64,000 nt of DNA from an uncultured Gemmatimonadales bacterium (lineage in GTDB: Bacteria; Gemmatimonadota; Gemmatimonadetes; Gemmatimonadales; GWC2-71-9). Below, in pieces: positions 1 through 12,066 of this stretch; position 1 is the stretch's first letter, and every line of letters begins with the position of its first letter. The DNA is taken from NCBI GenBank assembly GCA_963698975.1, contig CAVOSV010000001.1:858856-922855 (forward strand), given 5' to 3'. The notes below the pieces were generated by a model. That model was not told where the DNA came from. It was given only the letters and a program-made list of their open reading frames with translations, and searched no databases. The position numbers and the translations under genes are program-made.

Positions 1-17
1 CCGCGAATTCCGATCCC

Positions 18-539
18 TCACCCTGCTACCTCCCCGCTGACCTCATATACCTCTTCCCGGACAGGCCGAAAGCCTCTTTTCAGGTAGTTGGGCAGCGCAG
101 CGGGATGATCCAGGGTGCAGGTATGAAGCCATACTCGTGGAGGACCGAGCCGCCACGCCGCATGCACCGCCTGAGTAAGGAGAAACTTGCCCCAGCCCCG
201 GCCAATGAACCGGGGCAGTAAGCCGAAGTACGCAATCTCGACCGAACGATCTTCGTGCTCCCGCAGCTCGAAGTACCCGGCGGGTTCACTCTCCCACGTC
301 ATCACCCAGATCGATACGCCGGAGTTTTGCAGGTGGGCCCGGACTCTCTCGTCGCTCCAGCGAAGCCGGTCGGTCCACTGGTAAGCTTGGCCGACTTGTT
401 CATAGAGAAAACGAAAGAAATCGATGCTGCACTGCTCCACCTGTTCTATGCGGGGGACCGGCTCGGGCAGGGTGGTCGGACGTAGCTCGGTAGGCGAGAG
501 CATCTCGAGGTACGTGCGGGTAACCAGCGTCGGGCTCAT
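18..539 (-). CDS. GNAT family N-acetyltransferase
   Basis: IAYFGLLPRFIGRGWGKFLL acetyl-CoA motif A and VWLHTCTLDHPAALPNYLKRGF; ATG at 539 preferred. Confidence 0.9.
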   Translation of the reverse strand: MSPTLVTRTYLEMLSPTELRPTTLPEPVPRIEQVEQCSIDFFRFLYEQVGQAYQWTDRLRWSDERVRAHLQNSGVSIWVMTWESEPAGYFELREHEDRSVEIAYFGLLPRFIGRGWGKFLLTQAVHAAWRLGPPRVWLHTCTLDHPAALPNYLKRGFRPVREEVYEVSGEVAG

Positions 540-573
540 GGCCCGAAAGTTACCGCGGAATGGCACCCGGCAG

Positions 574-615
574 GAAAAGGAGCGGGCTCCGGAAAGTCTT
601 TCCGGAGCCCGGCTC
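574..615 (-). terminator. Intrinsic terminator after lipoprotein 633-1031
   Basis: Stem gggctccggaaa/tttccggagccc followed by a T-run on the minus strand. Confidence 0.7.
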
Positions 616-632
616 ATGATCGTGGCGAGAGA

Positions 633-1031
633 CTAACGGTTGCTGGAGCTGTCGGCCGCAGTGGTGTCGCTCATGGCGCCGGTGCTGTCGGACCGCATGT
701 TGCTGGTGTCGGCGCTCGTGTTGCGCGGGCCGAGCGTGTCCTGCGGGGTCGAGCTCATACCCGTGGTATCCTGACCCATGGAAGTCGAATCTATCGCGCC
801 GGCGCCCTGGGTGGCTGCGGAGTCTATTCCCACGCTATCGGGGGTCACCGTCGCATTGCCCGGCCGCCCGCCCACACCCGGAGGTCCCGTGCGGGTACTA
901 TCGATCGCGTGAGTGACCGCCGTAGTATCGGTGCTACCCTGATCCGGCGCCGCGCCGACTTCCTCATCCGATCGATTGTGGCAGGCCGCTGACAGGGCCG
1001 CAGCCGCTACAAGAAAGAACAATTTCCTCAT
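633..1031 (-). CDS. Low-complexity Asp-Ser/Thr-rich lipoprotein (paralog 1)
   Basis: MRKLFFLVAAAALSAAC lipoprotein signal, AGGAG RBS, disordered tail with 11 D-[ST] motifs. Confidence 0.8.
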   Translation of the reverse strand: MRKLFFLVAAAALSAACHNRSDEEVGAAPDQGSTDTTAVTHAIDSTRTGPPGVGGRPGNATVTPDSVGIDSAATQGAGAIDSTSMGQDTTGMSSTPQDTLGPRNTSADTSNMRSDSTGAMSDTTAADSSSNR

Positions 1032-1161
1032 ACGACGCACGCTCCTACCTAGTTGACGTTGGCAGATCGAGGCCGCTGAACGCCTCAATCTGAGCAGGGC
1101 GTATTCAACATCACTAGGTCGTAGATCACATCGGGATCGCAGCAGCGCGGGAGGTCCCGGC

Positions 1162-1192
1162 AAAGAAAAGCGGCCCCAATCACTGGGGCCGC
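1162..1192 (-). terminator. Intrinsic terminator after lipoprotein 1215-1586
   Basis: gcggcccca-atcac-tggggccgc hairpin followed by TTTTCTTT on the minus strand. Confidence 0.8.
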
Positions 1193-1214
1193 GGTAAAGC
1201 AACTGCGATTCGGA

Positions 1215-1586
1215 CTACTGCTTCGTGCTGTCGGTGGGCGTAGACATGTTGCTGCTGTCCTGGCCCATGCTCCCCATGCTCGAGCTGTCGCTCGGCGTGG
1301 CAGACGAGCTGCTGGTGTCAGTAGGCGTAGCGCCCGTGGTGTCACCCGTCGGTGCAGCGGTGGTGTCGGTGCTGGTGGGTGCCGCAGTGGTGTCCTGCTG
1401 AACGAAGCTGGAGTCCGTCGCGCCTGGAGTCTGACCCATGGTGCTGTCAGTGGGCATGGCGGTGGTGTCCGTTGCGGTGACGGCAGTGGTGTCGCCACGA
1501 TCGGGCGCAGCACCGGTCTCGTCCTCGGAACGGTTGTGGCAGGCCGCCAAAGACGCCGCGGCAGCCAGCATCAGAAGGTAACGCAT
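1215..1586 (-). CDS. Low-complexity Asp-Ser/Thr-rich lipoprotein (paralog 2)
   Basis: MRYLLMLAAAASLAAC lipobox, GAGGAG RBS, CHNRSEDETGAAPD motif shared with paralog 1, 11 D-[ST] motifs. Confidence 0.8.
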   Translation of the reverse strand: MRYLLMLAAAASLAACHNRSEDETGAAPDRGDTTAVTATDTTAMPTDSTMGQTPGATDSSFVQQDTTAAPTSTDTTAAPTGDTTGATPTDTSSSSATPSDSSSMGSMGQDSSNMSTPTDSTKQ

Positions 1587-1780
1587 GGGGGTGTGCTCCT
1601 CTGGGCTAAGGGACCCTGCCCGCCTGAGGGTCTCAGCCGCTGTTGTCGTGTGCCGCGGGCTAAACATGGAAAACACCGCGCTGATTCGAGCCGCGTGGCG
1701 AGAATGTACTCCGACTTTTTCAATCCCGATAGGGTCTAAATCACAGTGGGAACCCGGACCCAGGGATGGGTTCAGGGGAC

Positions 1781-3788
<2,008 letters not shown>

Positions 3789-3807
3789 ATTTCCAGAACC
3801 TATCGGA

Positions 3808-3835
3808 GAGATCCTTCGCTTCGCTCAGGATGACA
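3808..3835. repeat. REP-like short dispersed element
   Basis: GAGATCCTTCGCTTCGCTCAGGATGACA (reverse complement TGTCATCCTGAGCGAAGCGAAGGATCTC), which I recognise as a widespread intergenic repeat type; one copy here. Confidence 0.65.
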
Positions 3836-3878
3836 ACGAGTTCTGCCCCACTGCCCCGCTGCCCCGGCCGCCCCGCGT

Positions 3879-5075
3879 TCACGATGTCGGCGGATTGAAT
3901 TGCGCGTGCTGCGCATCGAGCCACGACTTGTGGTAGTCCGGATCTTCAAGTGAGAGGGCGGGCTTGGCCACGTGGAGCGGCCGGAATGTATCCATCATGA
4001 CCGCCAGCTCCTCGGTGTATTTGGCCCCGATGCTTGCCTCGGCCCGACCGGGATGAGGGCCATGGGGAATCCCGTCCGGGTGATGCGTGATGCTGCCGAA
4101 TTCGATGCCCTTTCCGGCTCATGAACTCGCTCGAGGCGTAGTAGAGCACTTCGTCGGAATCGACGTTGCTGTGATTGTACGGGGCTGGCACCGCCTCCGG
4201 GTGGAAATCGTAAGGCCGCGGGCAGAAGCTGCAGACCACGAACCCATCGCCCTGGAACGTCTGATGGACCGGAGGCGGCTGGTGCACCCGTCCCACGATC
4301 GGTTCGAAGTCGTTGATGTTGAAGGCCCAGGGATAGAAGTATCCGTCCCAGCCCACCACGTCGAATGGATGGTGATCGAGGATGATCTCGTTCAGACCGT
4401 CGTACTGCTTGACCAGGACGCGGAAATCGCCCCTTCTCGTCGTGCGTCCGGAGCTGCGTGGGCCGCCGGATGTCGCGCTCGCTGTAGGGCGCTCCCTCGA
4501 TCAGCTGGCCGAATTCGTTGCGGTAGCGCTTGGGCCAGCGCACGTGCCCCCGGCTTTCCATGATCAGCAGCTTGGTCTGCTCGCCGCTCAGATCCAGCCG
4601 GTAGCGGTGCATGATGCCGCGATGGATGACCAGGTAGTCGCCCTCATGATAGGGCAGGTCGCCGTACATCGTCTCCAGCGTTCCGGCTGCCCTTGCTGAC
4701 GTACACCAGCTCGTCGGCCTGGGCGTTACGATAGAAGTGGGCGTCGTTCTCGTCCGGCTCCACATACAGCATGGCAACTTCGTTGTTGAACAGGAGCGGA
4801 GTGCGGTCGAGCGTCGGACTGCCCCCCGTCTTGATCTTGGAGGTGCGGAAATGCCGGTGCCGGAGCGTATTGTCCGGGTCCGCCTCGTATTTCATCTCCC
4901 GAAGGCGCTTGGCCGACTTCACCGTGGTAGGCGGGTAGGTGTGATACAGGAGCGACGAGGTTCCGGTGAACCCCTCATGTCCCATCAGCTCCTCGGCGTA
5001 GATCCCGCCATCCGGCTTCCGAAAGGCGATGTGCCGCTTCCGGGGTATTTGACCCATTGTGTGATAGATCGGCAT
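3879..5075 (-). CDS. hmgA: Homogentisate 1,2-dioxygenase (frameshifted)
   Basis: MPIYHTMGQIPRKRH, FYRNAQADEL, VVGWDGYFYPWAF, RVHQPPPVHQTF, PAPYNHSNVDSDEVLYY; lies downstream of hppD. Confidence 0.92.
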
Positions 5076-5086
5076 TTCAGATCTCC

Positions 5087-5174
5087 AACGGCGTGAACAA
5101 TGAACAGTGAACGGTAAATGGGAGGGCCGTGAAGCTGGGCCCGTTTACCCTTCACCGTCTTACCGTTCGCTGTT
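5087..5174. repeat. Inverted array of degenerate heptamers (TGAACRR/CCGTTYA) forming a long hairpin
   Basis: tgaacaa-tgaacag-tgaacgg-taaatgg ... ccgttta-cccttca-ccgtctta-ccgttcg between hppD and hmgA. Confidence 0.6.
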
Positions 5175-5176
5175 TC

Positions 5177-6300
<1,124 letters not shown>

Positions 6301-6395
6301 GCTGCCCCCTAAGCTGGCGTTGCTACCGAGATGTGAGGCTGAGCCAGGCGACGAACTCACGCCTAAATGGAATATAAACATGTGGTTACTCCCGA

Positions 6396-8510
6396 CTACG
6401 TGCCGCCGGCGACCCCTTCCATCTGCTGGCAGACCAGCTGGTTCAGCTCAGCCGCCGTAAACGGCTTCTGCAGGAAAGACGACCTCGGGATCGACCAGGC
6501 CGCGCTCCACCACGTCCTCATGGGAATAACCCGACATATAAAGGATAGGGATGATCGGCCCGAACGTCGCGGATCTTCTGCGCCAGCTCGGTGGTGCCGA
6601 TGTTCGGAACGATGACATCCGAAAGCACCAAATCCAATGTCGCGCCGAACTCCTCGAGCCGGGCGAGCGTCTCGATCCCGTCACGAGCTTCATAGACCCG
6701 ATGACCCTGCTGCTCCAGTACCCGAACGGCCAGCTCGCGGACGCCCTTCTTCGTCCTCGATCACCAGCACGGTGCCGGTCCTGCATTCTGCCGGGAACGA
6801 ATCCGGACGATCTGGTGCGCTCCACCGGGGCTTCGGCTCGAACCTGGGGCAGACAGACCGTTACCGTCGTTCCCGTACCCGGCGGCACTTTCGACCCAAA
6901 CGTAGCCGCCGCTCTGCTTCACGATACCGTAGACGGTGGCCAGACCCAATCCGGTACCGGATCCCACCGGTTTGGTGGTGAAGAAGGGCTCGAAGACCTG
7001 CTGAAGCGTCTCGGCAGTCCATGCCGTGCCCGGTATCGATCACTGAGACGAGGGCGTATTCCCCGGGCACGAATGGAATGCCGATGAGCCGCGAGCCCGT
7101 CTTGCTCGTCCAGCCGGCGCGATTCCGTTAGCAGCCGTAGGGTCCCGCCTCCGGGCATGGCATCGCGGGCATTGAATGCCAGGTTGATGATCACCTGATC
7201 CAGTTGCGCCCGGTCGGCTCGCACCAGGGCGCCCAGCGGAGCGAGCAGACGGCCTCCAGCTCGATATTGGCCGGGAGGAGCAGCTTCAGCACCGACACCA
7301 GCTCCTGCACGACGTCGTTCAGCTGGAGGTCCGTTGGCTGAAGAATCTGTTGCCGGCTGAAGGCGAGCAGCTGCTGGGTGATCTTGCCCGCTCGGGTGGC
7401 CGCCTTGCGGATCTCCTCGATGTCCCGGTGGCGCTCGACCGCGACTGCTCCGCTCCGGACCAGCAGGTCGCTGAATCCGAGGATGATGGTCATCATGTTG
7501 TTCACTTCGTGCGCTACTCCGCCGGCCAGCCGGCCCACGGCCTCCAGCCGCTGGGCGCGACGAAGCCTCTCCTCTGCCCGCTTGAGCTCGGTGAGATCCT
7601 GAACGGTGATGACGTAGGAACCGCCACCTGGAGCTGCAGTCAGTGAGGTGACATTGGTCAGCACCGGAAACAGGGAGCCATCGGCCCGGAGGTGAAGCGA
7701 CTCGTACACCGGAGGATTCGACTCGCTTTGCCAGCCGACTGGTTCGTCGGCCCGCTCGGGAGGGAGCAGATCGGTAAACAGTCTTCCGCTCAGGCTTTCC
7801 GAGGTCGGATAGCCGTGCAGCGTCGCGAATGCGGGGTTTACCGCCTCGATCCGTTGGTCCTCGGCATCCACGATGGCGGCCCCCCAGCCGGCCCGGTCGA
7901 ACACCCGGATCCATTTCTGCAGGGTGTCTTCCAGTCGGTAACGCGCGCTTCCTCGTTGCCCAGCCGCTCGTGCAGCTCCGATCCCTGGACGCGACCGCTG
8001 CACGCCGGGCAATGACCTGAGCCGCCGAAAGATCCATGGCATGGTACGGCTCGCTCCGCGCGCTGCGCAGCAGAGCCATGGCTCCGAAAATCGATGCCTC
8101 CGGACCGGAAGCGGAACCACGATCAACGAGTGAACGTGCAGACGCTGTAACAGAGCATAGACCGCGCTGTCCCGCCGAAGGAAACGAGCCGAGCTCGGGG
8201 TGAGGCTGGGAATCCAGCGGAACTCGCGGCCCTGCTCCGCATCCGCTTTGGCTATCCGTCGTAGCGCCGGGCAGCAGGGTTCGGAGTGCCTGCGCGATGC
8301 TCCGCCTCCTCGGCGCGATTGGAGTGAACAACCTCGATCCAATCCTCCTGTTCCGTCACGCTGGACGACCAGAACGACGGCGTCGGCAAATCCGGGCACC
8401 AGGCACTCGGCGGCCGCCCGAATGGTCTGCTCGAACCCTGCGGCCTGATGCAAGGCGCGAGCGACTCGTTCGAAAAGATGCAGTCGTTCAGCGCCAAATG
8501 GACTGGGCAC
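6396..8510 (-). CDS. GAF/PAS hybrid sensor histidine kinase-response regulator (frameshifted)
   Basis: [12 protein letters not shown]-box, [37 protein letters not shown]-terminal receiver (LYMSGY...FLQKPF). Confidence 0.85.
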
Positions 8511-8696
8511 TGGGAAGTCAAATCAACCTCACCGCGCAGCCCGCGTGAACCGATATGTCTGCTGGCTAATCAGCATCAGCACCAACCTGTGGCCGGCGAT
8601 GGCCGGAAGCCGTGATCCCGGTTACGCACAGCCGCGAGCGACGTTTGCCCTTCACTCGATAGTGGGCTAGCTTCAGTACTCAGCATCGGAGCGCAA

Positions 8697-9716
8697 ATGG
8701 CAGGGCGGGACATCGTGGTGATCGGCGGCTCCGCCGGCAGCATCGAAGCGGTCGCTGAGCTTGTGAAGAGGTCTCCCTCCAGACTTTCCCGGTTCAGTTT
8801 TCGTCGTGGTCCACTTCCCCGGGTCCGTAACCAGCACCTTGCCCCGTATTCTGAGCCGGGCCGGACCACTGCCGGCTCGCCATGCCGTGCAGCGGCCAGA
8901 GCGATCGAGCCCGGCCGGATTTACGTAGCGCCTCCCGATTGTCACCTGCATCTCAGCGATGGTCAGACCCGGTTGACCCGGGGCCCCAAAGAGAATGGTC
9001 ACCGGCCTGCCATCGATCCCCTCTTTCGGACCGCAGCCCATAGTTACGGGCCTCGGGTCGTCGGAGTGGTTCTGTCGGGCAATCTCAACGACGGCACGGC
9101 GGGGCTGCTGTCGGTCAAGCAGCACGGAGGGATAGCTATCGCTCAATCCTTGGAGTCCGCGCTGTATCAGGGAATGCCCCGGAGCGCCATCGAACACGTG
9201 GAAATGGATCACGTGCTCGCGCCGTCCGAAATCCCTCTGCTGCTCACCGAGCTTGCCCTGGAGCCGGTACAGCGCCCCGAGGTGGGACCTATGCCCGATA
9301 TTTCGCCTGACGACCAGCAGGCCGACGACTTTGCCATTGCCGACCGGCATACCCAGCCCGGAATTCCGTCCACCATGACCTGTCCCGAATGCCACGGCAC
9401 CCTTTGGGAGGTCAAAGACAACGAGCTGGTGCGCTTCCGCTGCCGCGTGGGTCACGCCTACAGTGATGAGGCGCTGCTGGTGCACCAGTCGGAGCAGCTC
9501 GAGGCGGCACTCTGGACCGCCCTGCGGGCGCTGGAAGAGCACTCGGCTCTGGCCCGGCGGCTGGCGGCACGCGCCAACAGCCGCGGTCACTCCCACAGCG
9601 CCTCTTCCTTCACCGAGCAGGCCATGGACGCCGAGCACCATGCCTCGGTCATCCGAACCGCTCTGGACCGGGGGGTTCGCAGCGGTGATGCCGCCGAAGC
9701 CTTGGTGGTGGGATGA
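8697..9716 (+). CDS. cheB: CheB-type methylesterase with C-terminal CPECxG/CxxGH Zn-ribbon region
   Basis: VIGGSAGS, VVVHFP (in a shifted frame), HRPAIDPLFRTAA, LSGNLNDG catalytic motifs; TCPECHG...FRCRVGH tail. Confidence 0.85.
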   Translation: MAGRDIVVIGGSAGSIEAVAELVKRSPSRLSRFSFRRGPLPRVRNQHLAPYSEPGRTTAGSPCRAAARAIEPGRIYVAPPDCHLHLSDGQTRLTRGPKENGHRPAIDPLFRTAAHSYGPRVVGVVLSGNLNDGTAGLLSVKQHGGIAIAQSLESALYQGMPRSAIEHVEMDHVLAPSEIPLLLTELALEPVQRPEVGPMPDISPDDQQADDFAIADRHTQPGIPSTMTCPECHGTLWEVKDNELVRFRCRVGHAYSDEALLVHQSEQLEAALWTALRALEEHSALARRLAARANSRGHSHSASSFTEQAMDAEHHASVIRTALDRGVRSGDAAEALVVG

Positions 9717-11643
9717 TGGAGCGGCACCCGGACGATTCGGCCGACGAATCCCTCACCTCCGACTGGTGACGGTCCTTCGGACGAGCTCACACTATCCGTG
9801 CCGCCGCCGGAGGCCGATCCTGAGTGGCCCGGGCTGCTCGAGTACCTCCTTACCTCGCGCGGTTTCGATTTTCACGGCTACAAGGCGGCCTCGCTGGCGC
9901 GGCGGATCCGCAAGCGCATGGACTCCGTCGGAGTACAGAGCTTTGCTGGATACCAGGAATATCTGGAGGTCCACCCGGCGAGTTCGCTACGCTGTTCAAC
10001 ACCATCCTCATCAACGTCACCAGCTTCTTCCGGGACCCGGTCTCCTGGGAGGTGGTTCGGACCGTGGCCCTGCCTGAAATCCTGGCCGCCGAAGGCTCCC
10101 GGTGAGCCGATCCGGGCCTGGAGCGCCGGCTGCGCCACGGGCGAGGAGGCATACACCATCGCCATGCTCCTGGCAGAGGAGCTCGGCCTGGACGAGTTCC
10201 GGGAGCGGGTGAAGATCTATGCCACTGACCTGGACGAGGACGCGCTCGACACGGCACGGCATGCCGCCTACAGCGATCGTCAGGTGGAAGGAGTCCCGCC
10301 GGAGCTGCTGACCAAGTACTTCGAGAAAGTGGACGGGCTCCATTTCTTCCGGAAGGACCTCCGGCGCCAGGTCATCTTCGGCCGGCACGACTTGATCAAC
10401 GACGCGCCCATCTCGCGCATCGACCTGCTCACCTGCCGGAACACGCTGATGTACCTGAACGGAGAGACCCAGGCCCGGGTGCTTTCCCGGCTGCACTTTG
10501 CCTTGAATGATGGCGGGTTTCTCCTGTTAGGGCGGGCCGAGACTCTGATGGCCCATGGTCACAGCTTCGTGGCGGTAGACCTGAAGCGTCGGCTGAGCCG
10601 GAAGGGCTCCCGCCGTTCCGTGGCCGATCCCGGCTTTCCCGAGCGGGAGCGCAGGATCGGAGTCACCGAGCCGCTGGACGGTCACCTGCAGGCAGCGGCC
10701 ATGGAGACGAGTCCCATGGCTCAGGTGGTGGTGGATGCCGCCGGTCAGGTGGTGATCGCCAACGACCGCGCCCGGGAGCTTTTTTCGCTACGGCAATCGG
10801 ACGTGGGCCGGCCCCTCCGTGATCTTCCCCTGTCCTATCGTCCTCTCGAGCTTCGCTCGCTGATCGAGCGGGCCGAAGCCGAGCGGCGCCAGGTCGGCAT
10901 CAAGGAGATCGAGTGGCGCAGTCCGGCGGGAGACTCGCGCTGGCTCGACCTTCATGTCGCGCCGCTCACGGACGGGCCAGGAGGTATCCTCGGGACGGTA
11001 CTCACCTTCACCGACGCCACCGCCTACCGCCGGCTCCAGCGGGAGCTGGAGCAATCCCATCAGGAGCTGGAGACGGCGTACGAGGAGCTCCAGTCCACCA
11101 ACGAGGAGCTGGAGACCACCAACGAGGAGCTTCAATCCACGGTCGAGGAGCTGGAGACCACCAACGAAGAGCTCCAGTCGACCAATGAAGAGCTGGAGAC
11201 CATGAACGAGGAGCTCCAGTCGACCAACGAAGAGCTCCAGACCATGAACGACGAGCTGCGGCAGCGGGGCGAGGACCTGAACACCTCCAACGCCTTCCTC
11301 CAGGCCGTGCTCGCCAGCCTCGAAGGTGGAGTGGCGGTGGTAGACCCGGAGCTCAGGGTGCTGGCCTGGAACCCGCAAGCGGAGGAGCTGTGGGGACTCC
11401 GGGAGCAGGAAGTGGAGGGCAAGCACCTGCTCAACCTGGACATCGGGCTGCCGCTCGAACGATTGCGCCCCCTGCTCCGCAGCTGCCTGGGAGGAGAAGC
11501 GGGAAATCAGACTGCTTGACGCAGTCAATCGGCGGGGAAAGACCATTCGTTGCCAGGTGAGCTGCACGCCGCTCCGGACCGACGATAAGGGTGTGCGAGG
11601 AGCAATCCTGATGATGGAGCATTCGCCCGATGGCAGCGCCTGA
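9713..11643 (+). CDS. cheR: CheR-type methyltransferase with PAS domains and methyl-accepting coiled coil (frameshifted)
   Basis: GFDFHGYK, INVTSFFRD, RAWSAGCATGEEAYTIAM, IYATDLD, CRNTLMY; PAS; ELQSTNEELETTNEEL repeats; second PAS. Confidence 0.88.
11060..11258 (+). repeat. 21-bp coding tandem repeat (NEELQST/NEELETT heptads)
   Basis: About 9 imperfect copies of aacgaggagctccagtcsacc/aacgaggagctggagaccacc. Confidence 0.85.
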
Positions 11644-12066
11644 CCGCACACCGGACTGGGTGGATGAAGACCCGGAGCAGCTCGCCGTAACCGAAGAGAT
11701 CCGGGAAGGCGCGGAGCTGTCCCGGCAGGTACACGAACGTGAGCGGGAAGAAGCTGAGGAGCTGCGCCAGGACCCAGGAACGATCCCGCCATGTCTGGAG
11801 AGGAGCAGCGAGGTTGGACCGAGGCAGCCCGGGCGAATCGCCGAGGAGCTCCGGCACGTAGGGGAGGAACTTCGGGCCGCAGCGGAGGACGCCCGGGCCT
11901 CGGCTGAAGATGCCCGCCAGGCCGCCGAGGAGCTTCGCCGCTCCAGTGAGGTGGCGTTGAAGGCCGCGTACGACCAGCTCGCCATTCTGCAGGAATCCAG
12001 GGAAACCCTGGCGCGGTTCTGGGAGGAGCCCCGCAACCCAGGCCGGCCCGCCGATCGGAGCCATGA
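11630..12066 (+). CDS. Small Glu/Arg/Ala-rich coiled-coil protein (end uncertain)
   Basis: IAEELRHVGEELRAAAEDARASAEDARQAAEELRRSSE; overlaps the cheR stop and probably ends at the ATGA of the next gene via a frameshift. Confidence 0.55.

Noticed and set aside
1215-1586. RiPP precursor peptides with repeated cores
   Set aside because: Clear lipoboxes, own terminators and no adjacent maturases; the neighbouring GNAT is separated by a terminator
11060-11258. 21-bp tandem repeats as a CRISPR array or VNTR
   Set aside because: No unique spacers and no cas genes; variation is mostly synonymous within a coding coiled coil
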